A stretch of 64,000 bases of DNA from Negativicutes bacterium (GTDB lineage Bacteria; Bacillota; Negativicutes; UBA1444). A model generated the notes under the pieces. The model ran no database searches and had not been told where the DNA came from. It was given only the letters and a program-made list of their open reading frames with translations. This document shows, in pieces, positions 1-10,661 of the stretch. Within the stretch, counting starts at the first letter, position 1. Each line of letters opens with the position of its first letter. The stretch covers positions 384,001-448,000 of the forward strand of contig CAXXIN010000018.1 in assembly GCA_963665275.2 (NCBI GenBank), given 5' to 3'. The position numbers and the translations under genes were made by a program.

Positions 1-6
1 GAGGAT

Positions 7-807
7 ATGATGTTCACGATTGATGAATTGGTACAACCGGAAACTCTCAATGAGGCGTCCGCAATATTGACGGATTCGCCGGACGTGGTTGTTTTGGGCG
101 GATGCGGCTTTTTGAAACTGGGCTCGCGCCGAATCCGCAAGGCAATGGATCTCTCCCTCTGTGGATTGGGATCCATTGGTGAAAACACAGAATCCATTCA
201 AATCGGCGCCATGGCAACACTATATGACATAGAGACCAATGGCTCACTAAGAGGCTTGTTCAATGGGATTGTTTCCAAAGCCGTCGGAAATATTCTGGGA
301 ACACAATTTCGCCGCTGTGCGACAATTGGTGCTTCTGTCTATTCCAAATATGGCTTTTCAGATATTATTCCATCCTTGATGGTGCTCGACACCGATGTTG
401 AGCTATTAAAGAATGGCCGCATGCCCTTGAAAGAATTTCTGGATAAACCGATAACTCGGGATATTTTGACTAATATTTTCATTAAGAAGGATGACCGTCA
501 AGCGTCATATCAAAATATGCGCAACGCCAGCGCCGATTTTCCGATTCTGAATTCAGCCGTTTCCAAAACCGGAAACCGATGGACGGTTGTAGTTGGGGCA
601 CGACCCGCGCGGTCGCAGATTGCGGTGGAAGCTTCAAGGCAGTTATCAGATATGACCGAAGATACTATCGATGCGGGCAGGATAGCCTCGATCGTCTCGC
701 AGGAGCTTTCTTTCAGTGGTAATAATAAGGCGACGGCCGAATATCGGCAAGCGATTTCGCAAGTGTTAGTAAAACGGGCTATCGAGGAGGTTTTGTCATG
801 CAAATAG
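7..807 (+). CDS. Xanthine dehydrogenase-family FAD-binding subunit (YgfM/CoxM-like)
   Basis: IGAMATL and ATIGASV FAD-domain motifs; directly upstream of the 2Fe-2S and Mo subunits. Start may be 10. Confidence 0.85.
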   Translation: MMFTIDELVQPETLNEASAILTDSPDVVVLGGCGFLKLGSRRIRKAMDLSLCGLGSIGENTESIQIGAMATLYDIETNGSLRGLFNGIVSKAVGNILGTQFRRCATIGASVYSKYGFSDIIPSLMVLDTDVELLKNGRMPLKEFLDKPITRDILTNIFIKKDDRQASYQNMRNASADFPILNSAVSKTGNRWTVVVGARPARSQIAVEASRQLSDMTEDTIDAGRIASIVSQELSFSGNNKATAEYRQAISQVLVKRAIEEVLSCK

Positions 808-1253
808 ATTTTATATTGAATGAAAAAAAATGTTGCCTCGAAGTTGCTCCAGATGAGATGTTAGCCGATACTCTGCGAAAAATTGGGATGCTCAGTATCC
901 GCCAGGGGTGTGATACCTCGTGTTGTGGGTTGTGTTCGGTATGGATTGAGCGTAGTCCTGTCCTTTCTTGCACCATACCGGCTTTTCGCGTCCAGGGGAA
1001 AAAGGTGACCACCATTGAAGGGGTGCAAACAGAGGCGGAGAAATTTGCCCGCATTCTGGCAGCAGAAGGAGCCGAGCAGTGCGGTTTTTGCAGCCCAGGA
1101 TTTATCATGACGGTATTGGCTATGAAAAATGAGTTGTCGAATCCCACGGACGAAGCGATAAAACACTACCTGGCGGGGAATCTATGCCGCTGTACCGGCT
1201 ATATGGGGCAGATGCGCGCCGTCAAAACCTATCTGGAGGTGACTGCATCATGA
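798..1253 (+). CDS. Xanthine dehydrogenase-family 2x[2Fe-2S] subunit
   Basis: GCDTSCCGLC, QCGFCSPG and GNLCRCTGY cysteine motifs. Confidence 0.92.
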   Translation: MQIDFILNEKKCCLEVAPDEMLADTLRKIGMLSIRQGCDTSCCGLCSVWIERSPVLSCTIPAFRVQGKKVTTIEGVQTEAEKFARILAAEGAEQCGFCSPGFIMTVLAMKNELSNPTDEAIKHYLAGNLCRCTGYMGQMRAVKTYLEVTAS

Positions 1254-3544
1254 AATGGGTCGGTAAGAGTGTCCCCAAGATAGACGGAGTTGCCATAGCG
1301 ACAGGCAAGCCACTGTATACTGAAGATATGGTGGTTGGCGGCGCACTGACAGTTAAACTGTTGCGCAGTCCCCATGCTTTTGCCAGGATCAAAACTATTG
1401 ATACGGTCGCAGCGCGGGCCATGGCTGGTGTGGAGTGCGTTCTCACTTTTCAGGATGTACCCAAAGTACGGTTTACCACCGCGGGACAGTCATTCCCCGA
1501 ACCCTCGCCCTACGACAGGCTGATTCTCGATGAGTGGGTTCGGTTTGTAGGCGACGCAGTCGCAATTGTTGCAGCAGTCGATGAGAAAACTGCGATCGCC
1601 GCCATGGATCTAATTCGCGTTGAATATGAAGTTTTAGAGCCTGTTTTGGATTTGGCCACTGCAATTGATAATGTGAGTATTGTCCACCCTGAAAATGACG
1701 TACATTGCAATGTTCCTATCGGGCTGGATAAAAACAGAAATATAGCGTCAGCATATACGGTGGAATATGGAGATATCGAAGGCGAACTTGCGCAATGCGA
1801 CGTCGTAGTGGAAGAATCCTACCGTACGCAGGCGCAGGCGCAGGCGATGATGGAAACCTTCAGAACTTTTACCCAGCTGGATCATACGGGCCGCCTGGTG
1901 GTGATTAGTTCAACACAGATCCCGTTTCATGTACGTCGTCAATTGGCCCGAGCGCTGCAAATCCCTTCTACTCAAATCCGTGTAATCAAACCCCGCATTG
2001 GCGGCGGTTTTGGCGCTAAACAGACAGGTGTGTCCGAAATGTACGCCGCAATCGTCACGTTGAAAACTGGTAAACCGGCAAAAATCGTATATGGACGCAA
2101 AGAAACCTTTATTGCTTCCAACAGTCGTCACGCAACTCAGTTCATCGTCCGCATGGGGGCAACCTGCGATGGAATCATTCGGGCCATTGACATTCAGGGA
2201 CGTTCTGATACCGGTGCGTATGGAGAGCATGCACCCACAGTCTTTTTTGTTATTGGAGACAAGACTTTGCCTCTCTACAACAAGACAAAAGCGGTGCGAT
2301 TTGGCGGCCATGCAGTTTACACCAATAAACAACCGGGCGGAGCACTGCGGGGCTACGGGGCAACACAGGGGACTTTCATTCAGGAATCCACAGTCAATAA
2401 ATTAGCGGAAGCACTTGGGATGGATCCGGTTGAACTTCGCTTGAAAAACCTTATTCAGGAAGGCGAAACTTCGTTGTATTATCAAGGTAAAAAACTGGGC
2501 AGTTCCTCGTTGCACCGTTGTATTGCCAGAGGCAAGGAACTCATCGGATGGGATGAAAAGTTCCCCCGTATCGAAAAAGACGGTAAGGTCCGGTCGGTTG
2601 GTATGGCTGTTACCATGCAGGGGTCCGGAATCGCCAACATCGATACCGCTTCGGCGGAAATTCGCCTTGGGGACGATGGTAACTATCTGTTGCTCGTAGG
2701 ATCAACCGATATGGGAACAGGCAGTGACACAATCCTGCTGCAGATGGCGGCTGAGGTGATGAATAGCAGCATGGAACGTTTCGCGATCCATGCTGCCGAT
2801 ACTGATGTATCCCCCTTTGATCCGGGTTCCTATGCCTCCAGCACTACTTATGTAACTGGCATGGCGGTGAAAAAAGCGGCGGAGGAACTACGGGAGAAAA
2901 TCATTGCGGCGGCGGCGCAGGCATTGACAGTGCCGGTTACTGAACTGGATTTTGACGGCGACCGTTGTTATCATGGACCAACAGGCAGCGAAATCAGCGT
3001 GGCCCAAATTGCGGTGAACTCTGTTGTTGGGCCGAATCATCGACAATTGTCCGGTTATGCAACTTTCGGCAGTCCAATTTCCCCGCCGCCTTATATGGCA
3101 GGCTTTGCTGAAGTGGAAGTCGACAAGGCGACCGGAAAGGTGATATTACTCGATTATGTAGCAGTAGTTGACTGCGGCACAGTGGTCAATCCCAATCTCG
3201 CGAGGGTTCAGACGGAAGGCGGGATCGTTCAGGGGATTGGCATGGCACTGTTTGAAGAGGTACAGTACGATTCGCGTGGTACTCTTCAATCAAACTCCTT
3301 CATGACCTATAAAATTCCCGGGCGTCAAGACATCGGGCAAATTCGAGTCGAATTTATCGAGAGTCATGAGCCGACGGGTCCTTTCGGCGCAAAATCTATT
3401 GGTGAGGTGGTTATCAATACGCCACCGCCGGCGATAGCGGCTGCTGTCTACAATGCCGTAGGCGTTAGAATTACTGATTTACCGATTACACCGGAGAAAG
3501 TTTTTATGGGTATGCAATCGGTTCAAACGAAAACTGAGTTGTGA
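1250..3544 (+). CDS. Xanthine dehydrogenase-family molybdopterin-binding subunit (XdhD/CoxL-like)
   Basis: RSPHAFARI, IGGGFGAK, ALRGYGATQ and GAKSIGE motifs; ATGA overlap at 1250 with GGAGG RBS. Confidence 0.92.
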   Translation: MKWVGKSVPKIDGVAIATGKPLYTEDMVVGGALTVKLLRSPHAFARIKTIDTVAARAMAGVECVLTFQDVPKVRFTTAGQSFPEPSPYDRLILDEWVRFVGDAVAIVAAVDEKTAIAAMDLIRVEYEVLEPVLDLATAIDNVSIVHPENDVHCNVPIGLDKNRNIASAYTVEYGDIEGELAQCDVVVEESYRTQAQAQAMMETFRTFTQLDHTGRLVVISSTQIPFHVRRQLARALQIPSTQIRVIKPRIGGGFGAKQTGVSEMYAAIVTLKTGKPAKIVYGRKETFIASNSRHATQFIVRMGATCDGIIRAIDIQGRSDTGAYGEHAPTVFFVIGDKTLPLYNKTKAVRFGGHAVYTNKQPGGALRGYGATQGTFIQESTVNKLAEALGMDPVELRLKNLIQEGETSLYYQGKKLGSSSLHRCIARGKELIGWDEKFPRIEKDGKVRSVGMAVTMQGSGIANIDTASAEIRLGDDGNYLLLVGSTDMGTGSDTILLQMAAEVMNSSMERFAIHAADTDVSPFDPGSYASSTTYVTGMAVKKAAEELREKIIAAAAQALTVPVTELDFDGDRCYHGPTGSEISVAQIAVNSVVGPNHRQLSGYATFGSPISPPPYMAGFAEVEVDKATGKVILLDYVAVVDCGTVVNPNLARVQTEGGIVQGIGMALFEEVQYDSRGTLQSNSFMTYKIPGRQDIGQIRVEFIESHEPTGPFGAKSIGEVVINTPPPAIAAAVYNAVGVRITDLPITPEKVFMGMQSVQTKTEL

Positions 3545-3546
3545 GA

Positions 3547-3589
3547 TAAGTGGAGGGAAGCCTCGTACGTAGAGGTTCTCCTCCACTTA
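3547..3589. terminator. Hairpin/terminator after the Mo-hydroxylase operon
   Basis: TAAGTGGAGG...CCTCCACTTA inverted repeat. Confidence 0.6.
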
Positions 3590-3614
3590 CTCTTGCGAAA
3601 TAGTGCCGCTTCGA

Positions 3615-3643
3615 TGGACTTTACATGCATTTTTGTATATAAT
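3615..3643 (+). promoter_or_regulatory. SigA-type promoter of dapF
   Basis: TGGACT-17 nt-TATAAT. Confidence 0.6.
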
Positions 3644-3683
3644 TTAACAATATGACAGAGGGCGAATCAGGGGGAAATGCGAA

Positions 3684-4517
3684 ATGAAATTCACCAAGTG
3701 GCAGGGAATCGGCAACGATTTTGTGATAGTGAATGGGTTTCAGGAGAAAATCGAAGATTACCCGAGTAAAGCAATCGAAATCTGTGACCGACATTTCGGT
3801 ATTGGCGCAGATGGCCTTGTAATCGCCTTACCATCGGAAATTGCAGATTTTCGTATGCGGATTTTCAACTCGGACGGCAGTGAAGCCGAAATGTGTGGCA
3901 ACGTCACCCGGTGTTTTGCCCGCTATGTTTATGAAAATGGGCTAACCACCAAAACAGAATTAACGATTGAAACTCTGGCCGGGATCATCAAGCCTAGACT
4001 GCTGTTTGAAGGCGACACGGTTTCAGCGGTTTGCGTGGACATGGGTGAACCCAGACTGAAAAGAGGAGCAATCCCCATGACCGGTGATCCGGATGATCAG
4101 GCTGTTAATATCCCGCTCATTGTGGGCGATGCCAAGTATGACATCACTTGTGTCAGTATGGGGAATCCGCATTGCATTATCTTTTCAGAGGAGGCGGAGA
4201 CGTTAGATCTGCAGGCATTGGGCCGACCGATCGAGGTTCATCCAATGTTTCCCCGCAAGACTAATGTTGAATTCGTTCGAGTTATCAACCGGCAGACGAT
4301 AAGCATGCGGGTTTGGGAACGCGGCGCCGGCGTTACGCTGGCCTGTGGAACCGGCGCCTGCGCCGCAGTGGTTGCTGCCGTACTGAATGACAAGACGGAT
4401 CGGCAGGTTTTGGTGCATCTGGACGGAGGGGACCTTTTCATCGAATGGCGTGCCGATAATCATATTTATAAAACCGGCCCTGCTGTTGAAGTTTTTCGGG
4501 GCGAGTATTTAAGGTAA
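3684..4517 (+). CDS. dapF: Diaminopimelate epimerase
   Basis: GIGNDF, EMCGN, SMGNPH and ERGAGVTLACGTG motifs. Confidence 0.97.
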   Translation: MKFTKWQGIGNDFVIVNGFQEKIEDYPSKAIEICDRHFGIGADGLVIALPSEIADFRMRIFNSDGSEAEMCGNVTRCFARYVYENGLTTKTELTIETLAGIIKPRLLFEGDTVSAVCVDMGEPRLKRGAIPMTGDPDDQAVNIPLIVGDAKYDITCVSMGNPHCIIFSEEAETLDLQALGRPIEVHPMFPRKTNVEFVRVINRQTISMRVWERGAGVTLACGTGACAAVVAAVLNDKTDRQVLVHLDGGDLFIEWRADNHIYKTGPAVEVFRGEYLR

Positions 4518-4546
4518 AATCACTGAATAGATGGAGGCGGAATAGT

Positions 4547-5714
4547 TTGGAAAGAGCAGAAAGAATCAAAAAAGTTCCCCCGTATTTGTTTGCGTTGATC
4601 GACAAAAAGAAACGGGAAGCCATCGCGAAAGGCGTCGATATTATCAGCTTCGGCATCGGTGATCCCGATCAGCCAACTTCACCACAAATCGTGGAGAAAA
4701 TGTGTGAGGCGGTTCGAGCACCCAAGAATCATCGCTATCCCGATTATGAGGGTTCGCCTGAGTTTCGGTCGGCAGTGGCTGCTTGGTACAAAAAACGTTT
4801 TGACGTGACATTGGATCCTTCGAATGAAGTCATGACCCTCATCGGTTCCAAAGAGGGGATTGCACATATTTTCCTTGCTTTTGTTGATCCCGGCGATTAC
4901 TCTTTGATTCCTGATCCGGCGTATCCGGTTTATAAACTGGGAACTATGTTCGCGAATGGCGTGCCTTATTTCATGCCTTTAACGGCGGAAAACAAGTTTC
5001 TGCCCGATTTTGCGGCAATTCCCACGGACATTGCCAAAAAGGCCAAGATCATGTTCCTCAACTACCCGAACAATCCGACGGCTGCTATCGCAGACCTGGG
5101 CTTCTTTAGTGAAGCCGTGGCCTTCTGTAAACAATACGATATCATTCTGTGTCACGATAACGCCTATTCGGAAATGGCCTTTGACGGCTACCGTCCGCCC
5201 AGTATTCTCCAAGTTCCTGGCGCTATGGACATCGCCGTTGAATTTGGCTCCCTTTCCAAACCCTTCAATATGACCGGTTGGCGTATGGGCTTCGCAGTCG
5301 GTTGTTCAGAAGTCATCGCCGGTCTCGGAATTATCAAGACCAACGTAGATTCGGGTCAGTTCACCGCTGTACAGGATGCTGGAATCGAAGCGCTGTTGAA
5401 TATTGACCCCAATTTCATACCGGGAATGAACAAACTTTATCAAGCACGACGGGATGTCTTGATTGATGGATTGAACTCGATGGGTTGGAATATGGAAAAG
5501 AGCAAAGCCACTTTCTATGTTTGGGCGCCGGTTCCGGCTGGTTATGACTCCATGAGTTTTACGGAAGCGATGCTCGAAAAATGCGGCATCATCGTGGTTC
5601 CTGGCGTCGGTTATGGACCGTCCGGTGAAGGCTATGTCCGCTTTGCATTGACACTCGATGAGTCCAGAATTCGCGAGGCCCTTGGGCCGCATGAAACAGC
5701 ACCTCGCCCTGTAG
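4547..5714 (+). CDS. dapL: LL-diaminopimelate aminotransferase (apparent frameshift near the C-terminus)
   Basis: GSKEGIAH, NYPNNPT and SLSKPFNMTGWR; follows dapF. Removing one base near 5680 gives ...EALGRMKQHLAL* ending at 5714 instead of overlapping yicC. Confidence 0.85.
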
Positions 5715-5747
5715 CAGCGATCGCGTTCAATCGAGGGGGAATCCTTT

Positions 5748-6635
5748 TTGTTCAAAAGCATGACAGGCTTCGGCCGTGGCGAATTTCAAGACAGCGATCA
5801 TCGGTTTATTGTAGAGATCCGTTCGGTCAATCATCGTTTTAATGAGGTTGTGATTCGAGTCCCCAAGCATCTGGGCGGGGTGGAAGATCGTATCAGAAAG
5901 AGTATTGCAGGCACTTTGGCCCGAGGCCGCATCGACATCGTGATTACTGCGGATGACTTTATGGAACGCCGCCGTACGATTCGCGTCGACAAAGGGCTGG
6001 CGAACGGATATTATCAGGCGGTCAAGGATGTGGCTGAGACCTGCGGACTCGACATCCGTACGGTTAGCGCCTATGATATCGCGAAATTTCCTGACGTATT
6101 GAAAGTGGAAGAAATGACTGAGGATCTGGAGACTCTTTGGCCGAAGCTTTCCGAAGCGATCAATCAGGCTTTGTCCAATTTGATGGCCATGCGGACTGCT
6201 GAAGGCGAAAACATCTATCGTGATCTGACGATGCGCATTGGCCGGATCCGGGAACTGGGCTCCGCGATTGCGTTGCGTGCCCCGGCTATTGTAGAAGAAT
6301 ACCGTGTAAAACTGCGCGAACGATGTCGTGAAATTTTAAGCGAGGTCAATGCGGCGCCTGATGAAGTTCGATTATTGCAAGAGGTTGCCATTATGGCCGA
6401 CCGGACAAATATTACAGAAGAGCTTGTGCGATTGGAAAGCCATTTGGATCAATTTGGAAATGCCATGCGAGGAGAAAACGCTGTTGGCCGAAAACTGGAC
6501 TTTATTTTGCAGGAATTGAACCGTGAGACTAATACCATTGGTTCGAAGTCCAATGACATATCCACAAGTGGTCTAATGGTCGAACTAAAGAGCGAGATCG
6601 AAAAGGTTCGGGAACAGATACAAAACATTGAATAG
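5748..6635 (+). CDS. yicC: YicC/YloC family endoribonuclease
   Basis: SMTGFGR N-terminus, GRKLDFILQELNRETNTIGSK, and REQIQNIE C-terminus. Confidence 0.95.
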   Translation: MFKSMTGFGRGEFQDSDHRFIVEIRSVNHRFNEVVIRVPKHLGGVEDRIRKSIAGTLARGRIDIVITADDFMERRRTIRVDKGLANGYYQAVKDVAETCGLDIRTVSAYDIAKFPDVLKVEEMTEDLETLWPKLSEAINQALSNLMAMRTAEGENIYRDLTMRIGRIRELGSAIALRAPAIVEEYRVKLRERCREILSEVNAAPDEVRLLQEVAIMADRTNITEELVRLESHLDQFGNAMRGENAVGRKLDFILQELNRETNTIGSKSNDISTSGLMVELKSEIEKVREQIQNIE

Positions 6636-6650
6636 CGGAGGGTATTATTG

Positions 6651-6918
6651 ATGGATATCAAACTGCTGAACATTGGATTTGGCAATGTCGTTTTCAGTCA
6701 CCGGATCGTGGCAATTGTCGGACCGGATTCGGCTCCTATCAAGAGGTTGATTAGGAGATGCACGTGAAAAAGGCCGACTGATTGACGGAACTTATGGTCG
6801 CCGCACCCGTGCTGTGATCATAACGGACAGCGACCATGTCATCCTATCTTCGGTCCAGGCGGATACCGTAGCGCACCGTTTATATGCAAAGGATGCGGAG
6901 GAACAAGGTGACGCTTGA
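6651..6918 (+). CDS. remA: RemA/DUF370 regulator (frameshifted, absent from the ORF track)
   Basis: Manual translation [14 protein letters not shown]...SAPIKRLI then, after a 1-nt shift, [31 protein letters not shown]; conserved yicC-remA-gmk synteny. Confidence 0.9.
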
Positions 6919-7567
6919 AGCGGAAACTCCCGATAATATAACCGGCAACCCCTCAGGTAGCTTGATTGTAATCTCCGGTCCTTCAGGAGCCGGCAAGGGT
7001 ACTATTGTCAAAGCGCTATTGGATCAATATCCCTCCATTCATTATTCCGTTTCCGCCACCACCCGTGCGCCAAGGGAAGGCGAAGTCAACGGTGTCAACT
7101 ACTGGTTTGTTTCACGTGAGGAATTTCAGAAGATGCGTGAGCAGGATGAGTTGTTGGAGTGGGCTGAAGTATATGGGAATTTTTACGGAACACCGCGACG
7201 ACGGGTTATGGAAGCGATCGCCCGGGGACACGACATCATTCTCGAAATCGACCCGCAGGGAGCCATGAAAATCAAGGATCGTTTTCCTGCTGCTGTATTT
7301 GTGTATATCATGCCGCCATCCCCACGAGAACTTACCAAACGAATTCGTGGCAGAGGAACGGAATCGCAGGAAGCCATCCGTTGTCGCCTGAATTCAGTGT
7401 CTGATGAGCTTCGCTACGTGCACGAGTACGATTACCTCGTTATCAATGATAACCTTAAAGAGGCCACCGCCGATGTTGCCTCCATCATTCGGGCAGAAAA
7501 GTGGCGAGTAAAGCGAAATGTACACATGATCGGTCTGGTTTGGGGCGTAGACCTTAAACAAAAGTAG
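6908..7567 (+). CDS. gmk: Guanylate kinase
   Basis: [20 protein letters not shown] and YGNFYGT; start estimated at GTG 6908. Confidence 0.96.
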   Translation: MTLEAETPDNITGNPSGSLIVISGPSGAGKGTIVKALLDQYPSIHYSVSATTRAPREGEVNGVNYWFVSREEFQKMREQDELLEWAEVYGNFYGTPRRRVMEAIARGHDIILEIDPQGAMKIKDRFPAAVFVYIMPPSPRELTKRIRGRGTESQEAIRCRLNSVSDELRYVHEYDYLVINDNLKEATADVASIIRAEKWRVKRNVHMIGLVWGVDLKQK

Positions 7568-7585
7568 AGGAAGGGGAATACTGTT

Positions 7586-7792
7586 GTGATTTATCCATCA
7601 TTGGACCATCTGCTAAAAAAAGTGGATAGCAAATATACCCTGGTTGTTTTGACCGCCCGCCGAGCCCGTGAAGTTGTTGCTGGAGATCACTCAATGGTAC
7701 CGAGCAAATCCAACAAAGCCGTAACCATTGCCTTGGAAGAAATAGGCGCGGATAAAGTCACGTATGAACGCATCAAACCAATCGGCGGATAA
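7586..7792 (+). CDS. rpoZ: RNA polymerase omega subunit
   Basis: YPSLDHLLKKVDSKYTLVVLTARRAR; position after gmk. Confidence 0.95.
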   Translation: MIYPSLDHLLKKVDSKYTLVVLTARRAREVVAGDHSMVPSKSNKAVTIALEEIGADKVTYERIKPIGG

Positions 7793-7797
7793 TCAGC

Positions 7798-9032
7798 ATG
7801 TTGAAAGGTAAAACGGTTGTTCTCGGCGTATGTGGCGGAATCGCCGCGTACAAAGCGGTGGAAGTGGTCAGTCGACTGATCAAGTTGGAAGCTGAAGTTC
7901 ATGTAGTCATGACCGAAGCGGCTACCCGATTTGTCACGCCCCTTACTTTCCGTGAGATTTCCGGACAACCTGTTCATACAACTCTATGGGAAGAACCCAA
8001 AACCTGGAATGTTGAACATATTGCGCTTGCCCGTAGGGCTGACTTGTTCGTTATAGCGCCTGCTTCTGCCAATATGTTGGGTAAATTGGCCAATGGCATT
8101 GCGGACGATTTCCTCAGTACCACAGTAATGGCAACGCCGGCGCCAGTGCTGGTTTTTCCTGCGATGAACACCAATATGTACCTCAACCCTTCGACGCAGA
8201 ATAATATAACAACCCTTAAAAATCGAGGAGTTATGGTTGTTGAACCAGCTTCGGGGATGTTGGCCTGCGGTACGGAGGGAGTGGGCGCTTGCCTGAACCC
8301 TCAGAAATTGTTGAACGAATTGCGGCGCACTTTCGCTTCGCTGGTTCTTTGCAGGGAGTGCGTATATTGGTTACTGCCGGTGGAACTCGTGAGGCCATTG
8401 ATCCGGTACGCTTTATCGGTAACCGTTCCAGTGGAAAGATGGGATATGCCATAGCGGCAGCGGCAGCCGAGCGCGGCGCTGTTGTTACCTTGGTATCCGG
8501 ACCGGTTGCGCTGCCTGTGCCCTGTGGCGTGAATCGAATTTCAATTGAAAGTGCCGCCCAGATGCGCGAAGCGGTTCTAGTAGCCTTTCCTGACACCGAT
8601 ATTGTGATCAAGGCGGCAGCCGTAGCTGACTATCGACCAGAGACGGCCGCTCCACAAAAAATAAAAAAAGCATCAACACAAATGACTCTGGAGTTGACAA
8701 AGAATCCGGATATTCTTGCCGAGCTGGGTCAATTCAAGACAACTCAGTTTCTGGTGGGATTTGCGGCTGAAACTCAGGAACTGCTTGCTAATGCCGCTGA
8801 AAAGTTGCGCAAAAAAAATCTTGATATGTTGGTGGCCAATGATGTCACTCAGAGCGGCGCCGGTTTCGATGCCGATACCAATATTGTGAAGATTTTATCT
8901 CGGGATGGATCGGTGGAGGAGCTTCCTCTAATGAGCAAGTCTGAACTAGGTAGGGTAGTTCTCGACAAGATCATTGCCAAGTGCCCGGGTCTGGCAAAAA
9001 AAATCTTTGAAAACATTCAAGTAAAGGATTGA
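7798..9032 (+). CDS. coaBC: Bifunctional PPC decarboxylase/PPC synthetase (frameshift near 8285)
   Basis: GGIAAYK and PAMNTNM in ORF 7798; TAGGTREAIDPVRFIGNRSSGKMG and GFAAET in ORF 8289. Confidence 0.95.
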
Positions 9033-9057
9033 TTTTTTGAGTCTTATCCATTAAAAT
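9029..9057 (+). promoter_or_regulatory. SigA-type promoter upstream of the SAM riboswitch
   Basis: TTGATT-17 nt-TAAAAT. Confidence 0.55.
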
Positions 9058-9091
9058 TATACGCGTGCCTATCGCAATTGAATTAAATACT

Positions 9092-9228
9092 GACCATCCA
9101 GAGCTGGCAGAGGGACAGGCCCGATGATGCCGCGGCAACCATTGATGTAATGTCAAAACGGTGCCAATTCCGGCGGGGAAACCCGCAAGATGGGAGAGCA
9201 TTGTCCTCCCATGTGGAGGTTTTTTTTA
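9092..9228 (+). ncRNA. SAM-I (S-box) riboswitch with terminator
   Basis: CCATCCAGAG..GAGGGACAGGCCCGATGA..CGGCAACC..GGTGCCAATTCC..GATGG consensus elements; CCTCC-N-GGAGG-polyT terminator at 9205-9227; upstream of metK. Confidence 0.95.
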
Positions 9229-9273
9229 TTGCCTTCGCAAAGTTCAATAATTTAAGGGAGGGTTTGGCAAGGG

Positions 9274-10449
9274 ATGAGAAAAAGGCTCTTTACGTCGGAA
9301 TCAGTAACAGAAGGGCATCCGGACAAAATCGCGGATCAGATATCTGATGCTGTGTTGGATGCTATTTTGGCTCAGGATCCGAACGGTCGTGTTGCCTGTG
9401 AAACTGTGGTTACTACCGGCCTGGTTCATGTGGTGGGCGAAATTACTACGAACTGTTATGTCGACATTAACCGCATTGTGCGTGATACCATTAAGGATAT
9501 TGGATATACCCGGGCCAAATACGGCTTTGATGGCGATACTTGCGGTGTGATGACCTCAATCGACGAACAATCGCCGGATATCGCCATGGGTGTGGATGTC
9601 GGCGGCGCCGGCGACCAAGGAATGATGTTCGGCTATGCTACCAACGAGACACCGGAGTTCATGCCGCTATCCATTGCACTGGCCCATAAGTTGGCCAAGC
9701 GCCTTACCGAGGTGCGTAAAAACTGCGAACTGAACTATTTGCGTCCCGATGGAAAAACGCAGGTTACGGTCGAATATGTAGACAACAAGCCGGTGCGGGT
9801 TGATACCATTGTTATTTCAACCCAGCATAGCCCTGATGTAAAAATATCTTATAACAGCGAACATGCAGGCGAAACCATGAGTGATACCGTGCGCGACTTC
9901 CTGGATAAAGTGGTGAAACCGATCGTTCCGCCAGAGCTTCTGGATGCCAACACCCGTTATTTTGTGAACCCGACCGGCAGTTTTGTAGTGGGTGGGCCGC
10001 AAAGTGACTCAGGGCTTACCGGGCGTAAAATCATTGTCGATACTTACGGCGGGATGGCTCGCCATGGTGGCGGCTGTTTCTCCGGCAAAGATCCAACCAA
10101 AGTCGATCGATCAGCCGCGTATGCAGCCCGTTACGTCGCCAAAAACGTTGTGGCGGCGGGTCTGGCGGATCGTTGTGAAATTCAGCTCGCCTATGCGATC
10201 GGTGTTGCGGAGCCAGTATCGGTTTTCGTTGAAACTTTTGGTACGGCAAAAGTGGCGGAAGATGTGATCGAAGATCTTATTGCCAAGCATTTCAACTTGA
10301 CTCCTGCAGGAATCATCAAAACCTTGGATCTGCGTCGTCCCATTTACAAGCAAACGGCTGCCTATGGGCATTTCGGACGAACTGATGTCGATCTGCCTTG
10401 GGAGAAGACCGACAAGGCTGCGATTCTCCGGCAGGAAGCCGGCCTATAG
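9274..10449 (+). CDS. metK: S-adenosylmethionine synthetase
   Basis: [30 protein letters not shown] and [12 protein letters not shown]. Confidence 0.98.
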   Translation: MRKRLFTSESVTEGHPDKIADQISDAVLDAILAQDPNGRVACETVVTTGLVHVVGEITTNCYVDINRIVRDTIKDIGYTRAKYGFDGDTCGVMTSIDEQSPDIAMGVDVGGAGDQGMMFGYATNETPEFMPLSIALAHKLAKRLTEVRKNCELNYLRPDGKTQVTVEYVDNKPVRVDTIVISTQHSPDVKISYNSEHAGETMSDTVRDFLDKVVKPIVPPELLDANTRYFVNPTGSFVVGGPQSDSGLTGRKIIVDTYGGMARHGGGCFSGKDPTKVDRSAAYAARYVAKNVVAAGLADRCEIQLAYAIGVAEPVSVFVETFGTAKVAEDVIEDLIAKHFNLTPAGIIKTLDLRRPIYKQTAAYGHFGRTDVDLPWEKTDKAAILRQEAGL

Positions 10450-10483
10450 TAGTTTTTTCTTACTAGAGCATTATCTTTTTTTT

Positions 10484-10521
10484 AGCGTAGCGAAGCTGGT
10501 ATTCCAGTTCGCTACGCTTTT
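10484..10521 (+). terminator. Rho-independent terminator after metK
   Basis: AGCGTAGCGAA...TTCGCTACGCT followed by Ts. Confidence 0.75.
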
Positions 10522-10661
10522 CTTATTAAATTATCGGCAAGAGGCTGAATTTTCTGAGGAGTAAAATATATTTCTCAACTCAAGAGGGTTTTATTAGTAT
10601 TTATCGAAATAATAATTTGGAAGCAATTTCAAATTATTTTACGTAAGGTGGTGGAGATTGG

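Noticed and set aside
1828-1847. GCAGGC tandem repeat
   Set aside because: Only three units, encoding QAQAQA inside the Mo subunit; too short to be a contingency locus.
5715-5842. C-terminal extension of DapL overlapping yicC
   Set aside because: Explained by one extra base near 5680; the corrected frame stops at 5714.
10548-10638. CodY-like box AATTTTCTGAGGAGT and AT-rich palindrome upstream of aor
   Set aside because: Three mismatches to the CodY consensus in AT-rich DNA; not distinguishable from chance.
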